A stretch of DNA of 55,552 nucleotides, counting the filler, from Sphacelaria rigidula (lineage: Eukaryota), in assembly GCA_964200075.2 (NCBI GenBank). It is 3 parts of 3 records of this genome, joined end to end, with 100 filler letters (N's around TTAATTAATTAA, not from the genome) between each part and the next. Parts side by side here need not be neighbours in the genome. Positions count along the whole stretch, not along the records: positions 18,558 to 37,005 come from CAXNAA020000854.1; positions 37,106 to 55,552 come from CAXNAA020000855.1; 1 more part is not named here. The stretch is one strand, 5' to 3'. The position numbers and the translations under genes were made by a program. Under the pieces are notes generated by a model. The model was not told where the DNA came from, made no database searches, and was given only the letters and a program-made list of their open reading frames with translations. This document shows, one piece after another, positions 24,809 through 37,662 of the stretch. Each line of letters opens with the position of its first letter. The first letter of the stretch is position 1.

Positions 24809-26004
24809 AGTTTTTTTTTTTCCCACCTACTCATGGTACTAGAGTCCAAAAACTGTCTTTTGCAGTCAATAACACCCTCCTGATAAACGGGGTATCCCCT
24901 CGTATCGCCGGTTACAACCAACCAACACCAACTTGGGCCCTGGGGGGGAAACACAATCCTTGAACGATCTGTTTATTTCACCAAAATCTACCTACGCTAG
25001 CACTGTCGAGTTCTATCGAAGAGTAGTCGCAAGCGGACATCCTTCTAAACAAAATAAAGATCAGGCGCCCAGTACTATACAACCCAGGACACTTATAACA
25101 AATTCACAAATTCAAAATGGCGCTCACAGGAACTGGCTCTGTCGGCGAATCATACTGAGAGTACGGAACCGTATGCAGGCAGTGCAACAGTATAGTATAG
25201 CAACAGTATATATTAATAGTACAGTACAGCAACAAGTGATCGTAGAAGGGTCCAAATTTCTCGTAAGGAAACAAGAGTAGCCGGTCATTTGTGCTGCGCT
25301 GACCGTTGTCTGTATGTTCCTTCTCGATTGCTGGACTTACCTCGTGTACAAAATCAAGCCCGCTGTATCAATCAAGCGGGCAGAGGACTATGTAGTCCAC
25401 GACAGGAAGTTTGACGAAAGTCTTGACAAACACAGCAGACAACACTCAGTGCAGCTACGAGTACAACACAATACAATATACGCCCTCTGTGAAAACATCG
25501 ATGCTATTGTATATCGGACTTCGTGCGTTTCTCTCGTGACTGATAGGCCAAACGGTGCGCAGCAACACCATAGAGAAAATACTGTCGACATATATTCACC
25601 AGTGGGGTGTGATTGCCTGTTTTGTAACGACAGTTGAGGGTGAAAGCATGTCATTGGGGGTGTTAAACCCCATCACCTACGGAAAAGAAGTACACATTGT
25701 ATCTGTTTGCGCGCGTGACCCAACTTGGCGTGTTTTTCGGTCATCACTCACCTCCTCCCCTTTAGATAGAGCTGCATCATATTCCTTCTCGCTGTGAATT
25801 TCAATGGAGGCGAGAATCTCTGAAATGTTACCATTCGGGTTCATGGTGGGCGGAAACCTGCCGTGCTGTGTTTCAAACACTGGGCGTGGGATGCCTTGCT
25901 GTGCTGAACATATGTATGTTTTGGATGACGATGTATAACACGCCGGGTGTTGACCATTAAGAATCGGCATTGATTTCATTTGAAAAAAGTATCTATTCAT
26001 CACA

Positions 26005-26093
26005 GAGGCATCTATCTCAAACTCGGAGTTCCCGGTATATTTATCAGTAATTTACTGTCAAATATAGCAGGAACTCCGAGTTTGAGATACCTC
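26005..26093. repeat. Short inverted repeat or mini-MITE
   Basis: TATCTCAAACTCGGAGTTCC is inverted around a short spacer. Ends read ca|GAGG...CCTC|ta. Confidence 0.65.
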
Positions 26094-26276
26094 TATCTCA
26101 CCAATTCGATATACGGTAGAGGTATATCGGATGAAATAGTTATTATACTGTCTACTATAGTTGATTCTGCGTACCACTAACTGTAAACATTGAAAGAAAC
26201 GCATGCTGCCGGTGAGATGAAGATTCCGCCGTGATATTACGGAGCTCACGTGGCGCCATAGAGAACAATGACTTAA

Positions 26277-26388
26277 CCCTTAAGCTTATTATATTAGACC
26301 GCGAGGTTAGTCTTCTGTTGGATCGGCATCAATTTCAAGTGAAATAAAGTATGCATGATCACGAAAGACTAATCTCGCGGTCTAAGGG
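26277..26388. mobile_element. piggyBac-like mini-element (112 bp)
   Basis: TTAA on both sides with CCC...GGG termini. TIR CCCTTAGACCGCGAG(A/G)TTAGTCTT; the left copy carries an AT-rich insert of about 14 bp. Confidence 0.75.
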
Positions 26389-26876
26389 TTAATATCGCCT
26401 ACTCCGCAAACCCGCCATCGCGGTGCACCAGAAATATTTCTTAGGTTGTAAGAGAAAAACACTCAACCCTTAGGGTACAACGACGCCAAAATAGGTATTT
26501 TTCAGGTAATGTCTCGTAGAGAACCCTGAAATCGATCATCTCTCTGCAAAATATTGTCACAAACAATTGCATTTGGCTTTTTTGACTCGATAAAAAACAG
26601 GTTGCAGAACCATATCTCAATCGCGACAGGAGGATCGAACCAGGCGAGGGTGGACACAATAGCCCGAGACTTACCTGCAGAAGTGTGGTGGTGTATGGTT
26701 GTGAGCATTAGGAAGTAATGGCTACTTCTAGCAGGAAATTTGAATCCAGCAGCAAATATTTGCAAGTCCTCGACCGACACATTTAATTGGTTGATGCTTG
26801 CATGGTTGGTGCGAGGTCGTACACGCGCCCCAAGTCAACACCGAGTTGTTATGCGCTTGTAGAGCCACAGTTATTA

Positions 26877-27281
26877 GACCCACTTTTATGGAAACGAATC
26901 TCGATTTTTACAAATAGGAGGATTTCAGCCCGTCTACAGGCGATTTTCTCCCGTGGATTGATTTTTCGCACCCCAGCCCGTTCGGCAATGTTTCCCGGCT
27001 AGCTGTGAGCAAACCAGATCAATTCCCCGATTCTATGGGCATTGACTTTCGATACATCACCGTTCTGCTGAAATCGGGACACTCCCGCATCTCCCCCGAT
27101 ATAACCCAAAATTCAACGTCCATATAATCGGAGAAATGATCTGGTTTGCTCATAGCTAGCCGAGAATCATTGTCCATTGGACTGGGGTCCGAAAAATCAA
27201 TCCAAGGGAGAAAATCGCCTGGAGATGGACTGAAATCCTCATATTTGTAAAAATCGGGACTCGTTGCCATGAAAGTGGGTT
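26877..27281. mobile_element. Foldback MITE with diverged arms of about 180 bp (possibly PIF/Harbinger-like)
   Basis: GACCCACTTTTATGG...CCATGAAAGTGGGTT. It is preceded by TTA, and the related end at 36872 is preceded by TAA. Confidence 0.75.
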
Positions 27282-29037
27282 TTGGGGTTTCATTTGGGTG
27301 GTGGTGTAGGCGTCGGTTGAACAGGAAGTAGCAAATAATAAGTCACTCTCATTACCTCTCAATTATTTGGAGGCGATATTTTGGGGTTAGGCATCGAGGA
27401 AAGGCGCACCTCGTCTCTAATGACGCTGAAACTTCGAGTACATGTTAGAAGATGCCACAGGTGGATGTCGAAGCGACAGGTCCGGTATTGCTAGGCGCTC
27501 AGGGCGCTGTGTGAGTTGAAACGGTGGATATTCATCAGCGCACCCGTGAGAGCATGGCAAGCTTGTGGCAAGTGTTGTTTTCCATTTTACATATTGGGTT
27601 ATGACAATTATGGAGGGTACAATTTCAAGCCGGCGAGGAGGCAGCAGCGGATCCTGTCAGCTGTCATGATGCCTCGCCCGCTTATGGATGAAAAAAAGCT
27701 CGACCAAACACGACTGATAAGCACCGTTGGGCTCCTTTATAAATCTGAGGGCACTGGGCTCAACGTTGCCGCTCCAACTCGCGCGACAGGTCGGCGCACA
27801 GCCACTGCATGTGCACACTTTTGCCGTGAAGTGCGAAGTACGTCTCGCAAGTCTGGGTTCTTCCAAGGACCACTACAAATCCACCTTCCGAGGGGCTGTA
27901 TTTATTTCCTTCAGGCCGTACGAGAACTTCTGATACCAACAGAGGTAGTTGGTATTCTTCTCCCGTATCAGATCAGAGTGAGGTGGTGCCAGGATGTGGT
28001 CCAGTACTCGTGCGCACAGAGTAGCACCCGCAGCTCTGAGAACATAACACCGATTTAGTAATGAAATCCTGGTAAAGGGGCATGTTTCGAGTAGCAACCG
28101 CACGCGATATATGTGTGCCTCCTGTGCTGTGCTGACCACAGTGTTGACGTATCTGTGGCGCCAGCTGTCCGTCCTGATTGTGATTACCCCGCTTCTCACG
28201 ATAATTTCTTGTTTTTCTCCAAGTGTTCTCCGACGAAACAATAGATTCCGTGAAGCATGACGGCTTTGACTGGAGCACGGCAGTCGATGAGAAACAAGTC
28301 CACGTATTATTATCGAAAATAATAGAGTTGTCATCCGTATCCGTACCCTTCGACAAGCGACCTATATTACAGGACAACAGGGTCTAACGACATGACTACA
28401 GAGAGTATTTTGTGTTGGGTGGCATCACATCTGTAGAATTTTTTCATTTTGTGACTGACCATGGGTGATAATCCCTTGATTTCTTTCTAAAGTAAAAAAA
28501 CAGCAAGTGGACAACCCCCTCACCAGAAATACTAAAGTACCTCCGCAGTTGAAGGCCCAGAGAACCTGAGTATACTGTGCTGTCTGTATATAACTACTAT
28601 TTGTATCGAGTACAATCATGCGGTACTTACTGCACCGTCTGTGGGGCGTTTAGAAAAAGCAATCAAGCTGGAAGGAGCCCCCCCTTCTCCCCTTATTTCG
28701 GCTATCCGGTGTGTTGCGTGGTTTCACCGATCTATGTATACGTGGGTCAATACTTTTTAGGAGTTGCGAAGCGCGCCTGTTCGTCCAAAACGTTGCACGT
28801 CTGCTGGAAGAAGGGATGCCAAGGGGATTGGTGTAGTAGTGGGTGCTCCATTCAAAAAGCGCTATCATGAGCGCAGGAACAAATCTGTGTAGTTCAGTTT
28901 AGTATACAGAATGTATCCTTGTCAAATACTCGAAATTTAATCGAAATTTACCTACAAGGGCATGACATCGTTTTTACAACTTTTCAAGTTGTTCAACAGG
29001 GGGTGAAAAGTGACTCTTGAGCCAAGGATCCTGAAAC

Positions 29038-31463
29038 ATGGGACATCATTTTTCACCCGTCCCTCCCTGCGACCCCACCCCACCCTCAGTTCATTTGTAT
29101 GACGGACAGTCCTATCCAGCTGCTTTCGCGTTGGCTTTGATCCTTGACATGGCTATGACTGCAGACAGGCCGTCGTATTTGACAGCGCCGGGCGGAAACT
29201 CCAAGAATGATGCAATGGCAAGCCTCGAGAATGCTGCTTGTAGTTCCACTGCTGGTGATGGTGACACTGCTGGGCAGGGAGCAGACGCAAAATGGGTTAG
29301 TCTGCTGGGCTGGATGGGGGGAAAGCGCGATCGCGATTCTCGTTCTGCGGCGACCTCCACCCTTGATCAGGACCAGAACAAGAGAAGAAACAGTCCACAA
29401 CCCACAGCAGCAGCGACGACAACAATGGTGCTTCAGTGCCCTTCTTCCGAGGACAACGGGGGATTGTCCACAGCGCCTGTAAGTTCCTGCTCGTCCGCCC
29501 TCGTTGGTGATGATGAAAAAGTGGAGGCAAGCCGTGAGGATGACACTGGACTTATCTTTTTCGGTCCGAAAGCAGCTGATGAGCTGGATGAAGAAGGCGG
29601 GTCAGAAGGGCTGCGACGGTGTAGGGAGCAGCTTCGAGTAGAGGCTTTGTTCACTACAGCGGGCTCAGCACCTATCAACATTCCTGTTAAAAAGAGCGAG
29701 GACATCAACCCCATTGCCATGCAGGTTAGTGCCGTGCGATCTGGTGTCGCGTTATGCGTCGTCTCTTCGTTGTTCGTTTTGTGTGTGCGCAATGTGCGGA
29801 GTTAGTTCTGTACAGGGGTGCTTGGTTGTCCGGCCTACTTTTTCTACTATAGTTATCTCAGAATGTTCATGGACAGCATGGAAGTATTCTTTTGCGACCA
29901 GTATGGCACAGTTAGATTCGTGCGTTTACTACCCACGCCCCCCTTCCCTGTACTGGATACTGCTCTATACCTCTGATTTCAACCCCCCCCCCCCCCCCCG
30001 CCCATTGGCTCCTCCCGTGGCCGATCCGCCCACTGCTCGAATGCATATGCATCAGTAGTTTGCAATTCTTGAGTTCGTGGCTTCGTGGCGACGCAAACGG
30101 CTCTCAGGCTGCTCTCTTGTGCATCATTTCATGCCAATGCCAACGCTGCTGTAAAAAGTCATTCCGCATATATCGCCCCGGTTCTCTTCGACGGGGATCG
30201 CCTGAGTACACACATCGTAACTCAAGGCCACAAGCCAGTGCTGCGTGAGTCTGACGCCATCATCTTGGAAATGAGTGTGGTGCATTGCTTGGTGCAAGCG
30301 TCTTGTTGCATTGAGATTTCTATTGTAATCAGCAAGCGGAATGAAGTGCACTAAGGGTTGGCTTTCAGCAGCTGATTTGCCTTTGTATAATATTGTACAC
30401 TGTACACTTTCAAACAAAACTTGTGGCGAGGCGGGCAATTGCGGGAGAAGTGCACGCCACACCATCAACATTTTTTCCGACACCCTTTCAGTTGTTTTGA
30501 TGACATACCTTTCTAATTTCCTTGGGCAGAACTGTAGACATTATTCTTGAGCAACGGGTTATGTTTTGTTCGATTTCACAAATTTTACAACGCAGTTGAC
30601 CTCTTGAGCCTGCAACCTTCCTGTGTTGCGCCGAACACCATCGTTCGCATAAGTGACGCTTGCTGCGTATCTGTGTTCGTTGTCTTATGCTCTCACGGGA
30701 TGCCAAAGGGGCTTTCATCTGCTGACATTTTACTTCTTGTGAAATGGGAACAACCAAAATATGTCCTTCGCGAGTAAGCGGTCGTGTATGGGACAAGATG
30801 CCGTACTGGTGGCCCTCGATTCGTCAGTCAACATACCCATGCCACCCCCCTCCCCCCACTGCCCCCCACTGTACTGACGAAGCGTGCAGATACCCGAGAG
30901 GTTGATGCAACAACGATCCTTTGGGCATAACTTCGACCCTCTCCATCACACATGCTGTGCGCTACTGTACCCTGAAATTGCAGGCGGCTCAACAGTCTCT
31001 GAGGGCCATGGAGGGTAGGATATCTCTTTACCACGAGAGAACGCGACGGAGGTCAATGCACCCTGCATCAAGCACGGTGCGGCCGGCGCGGGTGACGGTG
31101 ACATCCGTTGGCGGGACACGACCAACTCATGTGCGCTCTGCCACCCTCCCAGTAATATATATCCGCAGCCCCACCAAGGACGACAGTAACGGTAACAACG
31201 GTCGTACCGCCGGTCTCGAGCCTCCCATCTTTTGGCCAAGACGACCGTCTTTCGATGACCCTTCTCCGTCGGCGTGTAGCACTTGCGATTGGTTCGACGA
31301 TTCTTGCTCTCTCACAGCTGATTACCCTCAACTTCCACGCGAAGATGAACAAGATCCATTGGGTAAAGGTGAAAGAGAAGAGGAGGGAGAGGAGGAGGAT
31401 TGCAGGTCGCCCCGAGCTGTGAACGATGACGACGACCTACTGTTCGATCTCGAGGACACATGA
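29038..31463 (+). CDS. Two-exon gene (29038-29724, 30984-31463); hypothetical low-complexity, probably disordered protein of up to 388 aa
   Basis: Two long ORFs are joined by a phase-0 intron, GCAG|GTTAGT ... TTGCAG|GCG. The protein has an acidic C-terminus and a clean stop. The start may instead be the ATG at 29149. Confidence 0.75.
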
Positions 31464-34400
31464 AACGACGACACGCCTGATATGAGCAGGTGCTCCGTAT
31501 TAGTTTGGGCTTGGGATCGGGCGGGGGGCGGGGGGGGGGGGGGGGGTTACTCGACTGGGGTATTTAATATTTTTAAAAGGGTGGAAGTGAGAGGGGTAGG
31601 TGACCGTTTTTATTTTATTTCCCTTCCCTTTCCCCCTGCGCTGTGCTAGTGAAAGTCATAGTTTGCTGCGCAAAGATACAGGTATAGGTAGCGGTTTTAG
31701 AGTTGGGTTAAGCAAGCAGAGGATCTCTTGCGCATTGTGTGCAACAAATTCGGAAAGCAGTGCCATACAGTCGTTTGCTATCAAGAGATTGTCGTAGTGT
31801 TGCCCACTATTTTTACGTAACTCTTAGCTCGTCACTTTGGTTTCGTTTGTTCTCTTCGTCCATATACATATTATGTGTCTACGAAAATATCACACATGTT
31901 GTAGTGTCGTGGTTTTGCCAGTCGGAGGCGTGTGCGTTCTGGCTGACGAGTGTTTGAAACATCTCGTCTTTTCATTGAGCGGCAGCCATTCCGGTAGGTG
32001 AAGAGCATCCGTTAGATGTAAATGATTTTGTTTTGATATATACTAGGCTCTGGCAATCGACCTCGCTGCTTCATTTTGTTTTCTTGTGCGGTATCACCGT
32101 TTAAATACCGTTCGCCGGCCACTGTCTTGAAAATATGGAGTGCAATTAGATGTGTCCCTATATATTTTTATATATATATATATATATAGCTTTTTCCTGG
32201 TTTCCGTTCGGCCGCCGGTGTGCTGTCGGGTTGGTATTTTCCCGTTAGAAGGTATTTAGTTTATTTTATGGACAGATGCTGTTTGAGTTTTTGGTTTGAT
32301 CAAATGAAAAAAAAAACTTCCCATGTTCCTACTTGTGCTGTAGTCCGTAGTGCGGGCGGGGAAAACTTGTCTTTCGATACTCCATTTTGTCGACGCTTCG
32401 AGAATCAGATGCGGTAAGAATGCGTACACTTGTTGCCGACACGTTTGGTTCGTAAGGGAACATTCGATCCAAGCATGTGTTTCGAGGGTGTATTTTTATG
32501 GGGCATATGAGGGGATGACCACGTGTTTCATGTACTCCGCGTTTGCGATGTATCCCCAGTTCAGGTCGTGTTCATCGGTCGCCGTCAAGTAGAGATGTCG
32601 GTCCGTCCTTATTTTTTCATCTAGTTTATTCGTGTCCCCTTGGCTGTGTGATGTGATGTGCGCCGATCGGCGTGGGTTGGAAGACCCCTTCATAGATAGG
32701 AGTTGTTGGGAGGGGGGGGGGGGAGAGGGGGGACTACGGCGCTCTTCGCTTGCAGCTAGCGCTCTTCGCTTGCAGCCTTGCGTTCTGTGTGTATGTTTGG
32801 CAAAAGCACATGCGTTTGTAGGATACGACAACGCGGGCAGCTTGCGCTTGTGCTGATCGGCTCACGATAAAAAGTGAGTATTTCAATGCGGGGCCTGAAC
32901 GTCGTAGAACCCACCTAGCAATACTCGTGTGGTGCGTCAAGTTTTTCGTAGGTTTGTCATCGTACTTTGGAATCGACCCGCTAAGAAGAAAACCGTGTCT
33001 TGGGTTGAGGCCCAGACTTTCATTTTGGAGATGTTGAAATTGCTTCTTTTCTTGAGCGTCATGAGAATCAGGTTGAGGCCTACCGTCGAGCCCCGTACCT
33101 TGCAGCGAATTCCTTCTCTGTTTTATTTCGCCCTTCAGTCTCGGGCTCACTTTCTCATGACCCTGTTTCTTGATGGCGGGTTGGGGTTAGTATGTAGTTG
33201 TGTTTCTTGTGTTCCCAGCATATGTCTGTTGTGCGTGTGTGTGATGTGTTGTTTTTGTATCGCGTCTTCCCTTGATGGCTAGAGTTGAATCCAAGCATCT
33301 CGAACGCTCGTTCCAGATGCAGTTGCTCGATCCACGTTCGCGGGTGTTCTTCCCGCAAGAGCGCTCTAATTTCGAGTTATGAATCGCTCATGGAATTCAT
33401 CTTTGAAATCTCTTGATTATTTTTCGTCCATTAGCGTTCCTTTATGGGGACGCTCGACCCCTGAAGCCTGCGCACGTGACATATTGCGTCGGAGAAGCAT
33501 TGAAAGAACAAACGCCCAATCCCCGCTACATGCAGTGTTATTTGTTGTTCCTACTTTGTTAATACAGGTATTTTTTTCACTTCACCAATGGATGAGACGG
33601 CGCATTTAGGCACTTTGTGCGCCCGCACTTCCGGTACAGTACCACTAGTTTTTCTCCCGCTCTATTGCTTTGGTCGCTTGGATTAATGTCGTCGTCTTGG
33701 ATGTGCAGTTTACATTAACCTTCTTGGTTGAAATGACTTGGCTGTTCCAAGATTTCGCGCCATGTCAGTGAGAATGCATACCCGAAACAACCTCGCTAGG
33801 TCGTCTGTGACCACGGGTTCGCGATATCGGACTAATGTGCGCTGATGATAATGATGGAGGTCGAGTGTAGGGAATCTGATCGAGAGTAAGAACCCAAAAT
33901 AACGCAAATCTTAATCCGTCTACTCATCAACTGGTGTTTCGTGGGAAACATGTCGCTGAGCCAGTCAACCAGCGGCTCGAATGAAGGTTCTTAGCCACCG
34001 AATGAAGTCAATGAATGTTTCAATGCATTGGCGCCGTCGATCAGCAGCAATCTACAACTCTACAATGATGCCCTCCAGGCCTTCATACGCTTTCTGCAGT
34101 GATAGCTTGCCACCGAAGCCTCTGATATTCCCGAGTAGGATATCGACGTGCAGTTACCAGCACACGGCGTTGTTCCGGCACAGAATGAACGCAAAATAAA
34201 GAACCGGTCAAATTTGAGCTAATCATGTATCTCTTGTCAAAAGCTAGAGATTCAATCTGGCGAAAAGGTTGTTCCGCGAAGATTCGGAAGCAGTAGCTGA
34301 CGGTGAACAACATTCTCTCGATTGATGGACCCGACTTTTGCGGTAGTTTGCGGTGATCGCTTGATTAATCCCTCAAATAATTCGGGCACCGGGAGGTGAA

Positions 34401-34774
34401 TGGTTGCATCGGACACGAGTTTCAAAGGACGGCGTTCCTACGATCAATTTTGAACAACTCATGGCGTGCACCTGTTGTTGGAGATCCGCAGCAACACGGG
34501 TTTTTGCACATTGAGCATGGATTTCTCTATCGAGGATAAACCTTGAGAAGCTTCATGAACATCGAAATATTTTCGAAAAAAAACAATTTCACGTTCCGCC
34601 GTGATGTGTGGTCCAACTCATCCGGAAAGAGTTCCTCTGAAAATGGTAGAATCCGTTTTTTTTACCGAAGAATGTAGTCCTCCGGTCCTTTCGGCACATG
34701 AACTGTTATTTATCTAAGTTCACTACAAAAAAAACGCAGGATATTTCAAATTGAGAGAGTGTTTTTTCCTCTCT

Positions 34775-34946
34775 AGGCCAACTCTTATGGGAGCGTTTGA
34801 AAAAAAATTGCAACAATTTCAGAGGAGTTTTTTTTTCTCCGTCATCATGGTGAACGGGCACAAAATACACGACTACGGCGAAGAAAAAAAACTCGTTTAA
34901 AATTATTGCATCATAAAATTCTCAACGCTCCCACAAGAATTGGCCT
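34775..34946. mobile_element. 172-bp MITE
   Basis: TIR AGGCCAA(C/T)TCTT(A/G)TGGGAGCGTT, with further weak internal inverted similarity. No clear TSD. Confidence 0.7.
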
Positions 34947-34967
34947 TCGGGATAAACGAGGCCGCAC

Positions 34968-36183
34968 TAGAGGTGGGCACCGGACACAGGAAACAAAACA
35001 ACGGTTACCGGATTAGAGGCGTTATTCTTGATGACAAAAAACGTTCGCCCCGGTTTTTTTCGGCAGGTTGAAACAGTTCATCGGAAAACCGATTTAGCAT
35101 GATGAGCAAGGGAAAACGCCTCCAATTCATTGAAATGCGGGTGAGGTAGGCGTCGTCGTCGTGTGTTTAGTGTGTTTCGTGTGCGGTGGGTGGTGGGTGA
35201 TGGATACGCTCAAACACAACCATTGCCGATGAAGGTTCAATCTCACACCTCCGCACCCGTGCAACAGCTGTCGAACTTAGAGCTCAGTAGTAGCTGGTGA
35301 CAATGATTTTCATGCGTGATAGGGAATGGTGTTGGTGATTACTTGAGCAGCTACTGTTCAAATCTGGCACCTAACCCTAGCTAACACAGGGTGTCGCGAG
35401 AGAAAGCTATATTAATAAGCGCCTGAACTATTCATTTTGTAATTTCTTCGTAACTGGCGATTTTCTCAGCTCTTTCGCTTGCCACCTCTAATCGCATTGG
35501 GATCTGAAGATACTTGTGTCCGCTCCTCATTCTAAGAAAAAAAAAAGTCTTCTGAACTCAATATTGAGCGACTTGCGGGCCCAGATTCCAACTCTTCGTT
35601 ATTTTCAGTCGATCGAGCCTGTCCCGATCGTATTTGTAAAGAAATGTACTGGCGGCTTGTTCTTACGAAATTTCACCTACTCATTGGAGTAGAACCAAAT
35701 AACTGTATTTCACGGTGAATGAAACCCTCCTGATAAACGGGGTATCTACTCCTATCGCCCGATAACACCAACTACCACTGTCACTTGGGCACTGTGTTTT
35801 GAGGACGATCAGCTTATTTTACCAAAATCTACCGACGATAGCACTTTCGAGAAAAACCCCAAAACAACCCTGAACAGTTCAGGCGCCCAGCACTGTATGT
35901 ACCTCACACCCCGTCCGCCCTTTCAAATCAATGCCCAACAATACGAGGGAGGAGCAGGGCTCATGCCATTCCTCAACTTCATACTTCGCAATTGAACCGG
36001 TTAGAACGACACCAGTTCACCGGAAAAGCCGCTGTAATGGCCATAATAACGCCTCCTTTTTCCGGTTCAATCGAGGAAAAAAAAATCGTTTTTTTTATTC
36101 CGGAACCGTAACTGGTAAACGCCTATTGGGGTTCCCAAGAACTGGTTACAACCGGCTTTTTTTTTTACAGGTGCCCACCTCTA
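34968..36183. mobile_element. hAT-like non-autonomous element, copy 2 (1216 bp)
   Basis: Perfect TIR TAGAGGTGGGCACC and perfect 8-bp TSD GGCCGCAC (34960-34967 and 36184-36191). Confidence 0.92.
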
Positions 36184-36871
36184 GGCCGCACATCACGGCC
36201 GGAGGGTGCATTTGTATTTTTTTTCGAGAATGTTTCGATGCGTATGAACCTTCCCGGGCTTTATCTTCAACAAAAATCCATCCCCAATTTGTAAAATCCC
36301 GTGTTAAGAGTAGACAGTCCCTGTCTCTTGGCTCTTTGATATTTTCGCTCGACCGCATCAATCCTGGTCAGTGACAACAAGCATACTGTTGTTACATCAA
36401 GCCCAAGTTTCTCGCTTTTTCAACAGGCTTAGCGGGGAAACAGTGGTTGGTTTTGGATCACAAGCGATGAATGAAACCCCTCTGCGAAATAAAAAGAATG
36501 TACCGTTGTCAGTATTGCACCGGACGAGACAAAGCAAGACTTGATTCTTCAACCAACACCTGCGAATGACCAAGTCGTCCGCGATCCATGAGAAATTGCC
36601 AGCCTGTTTTGTCGGAGCAGGTCGAGCAGTCGCAATGATAGTGTCGTCCCCTTGGTTAATCGTTCAAAATATGCGTGTCATGGCTTTTAATCGACGCTTC
36701 GGACACATCACTGGCTCCTTATGGAAAAAACGAGAAGTCCACATATTTGCCCTTCAATCCGCTCATCAAGAGGAGGATGCGATCAAGGCGGAGTTGAACT
36801 ATTCCGTGCATGGGCAACGATACCTGTCATCATATTTTTGCGACTAACCCTTTCACAGCGAGCAGTGGTAA

Positions 36872-37005
36872 GACCCACTTTTATGGCAAGCACGAATCTT
36901 GATTTTTTCAAAATCGGGGGGAAAAAAATCGGGGAACGCATTTTATGGACACCGATTTGGGCCACATCGGGGCCGAAAAAATCGGGGGGTCACGATCTCG
37001 GAACG
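36872..37005 (+). mobile_element. Left end of a GACCCACTTTTATGG-family MITE, cut by the gap
   Basis: TAA|GACCCACTTTTATGG, as at 26877. Confidence 0.65.
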
Positions 37006-37105
37006 NNNNNNNNNNNNNNNNNNNNNNNNNNNNNNNNNNNNNNNNNNNNTTAATTAATTAANNNNNNNNNNNNNNNNNNNNNNNNNNNNNNNNNNNNNNN
37101 NNNNN
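37006..37105. other. Assembly gap (100 bp) with artificial TTAATTAATTAA linker
   Basis: N-run with a central linker. Confidence 0.97.
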
Positions 37106-37662
37106 TGCTGTAGCTCTAACAAAGCGCCGTGCTTTTGTGCACACGCAGCAAAAGACAGAATGGAAAACGATCAATATTTCGCGGAGTTATGGACGATTGA
37201 AAGAACTTGTATCTTGGCAAACTTGAGCGTATCTTTGATGATGTGTTCTTTCTCGGTCGTCAGTGCAGTGTGTGGAACACCCCTGCCAGCTATGCCCACG
37301 CTACCACTCATACGCTTCTGAAGTGCACCGACGGAGATGTCAAAGGTCGTAGCTGCAGCACGGAAGCTAGGACGACCGCTGTGTACCGCTTATACGGCCT
37401 GTGCTGCACGTTCTGCTCTCTGCATGCTTAGCAGCCGATCGACCAAAAAGCTGATTTTGGAGGATGACACATACGCGCTTACTCGCAGTGCTGTAAGACT
37501 ACGTAATCGGATGCTTGAGATACGTACAATAGCTCAAACAAAGCGCCATGCTCTTGTACACACGCAGAAGAACGGAAAAAGGTTGATATTTCGCGGAGAT
37601 ATGCACGATTAAAAAAACTTGTATCTTGATTGGCTCTGTATCTTGATTGGTACATTTCCCTC
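37106..37662 (-). mobile_element. Terminal part of a second pogo-type element with an HTH remnant
   Basis: Homologous to about 12855-13323. It ends in GGTACATTTCCCTC|TA, the near reverse complement of the TIR at 10460. A subterminal segment of about 100 bp is duplicated (37115-37216 vs 37535-37630). Confidence 0.85.

Larger units (their letters stand above)
23330..25030 (+). repeat. Copy of the shared internal module, split by a LINE fragment
   Basis: 23330-23545 and 24810-25030 rejoin to match about 35455-35850. Confidence 0.75.
32930..36868 (-). pseudogene. Possible decayed minus-strand coding sequence of unknown family, interrupted by two MITEs
   Basis: Protein-like reading continues through sparse stops, e.g. 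LQKAYEGLEGIIVEL*IAADRRRQCIETFIDFIRWLR...LRYFGFLLSIRFPTLDL (about 34150-33710). No motif recognised. Confidence 0.3.

Noticed and set aside
27516..28377. Overlapping ORFs of 130-180 aa on both strands
   Set aside because: No motif or consistent frame; not distinguishable from chance ORFs.
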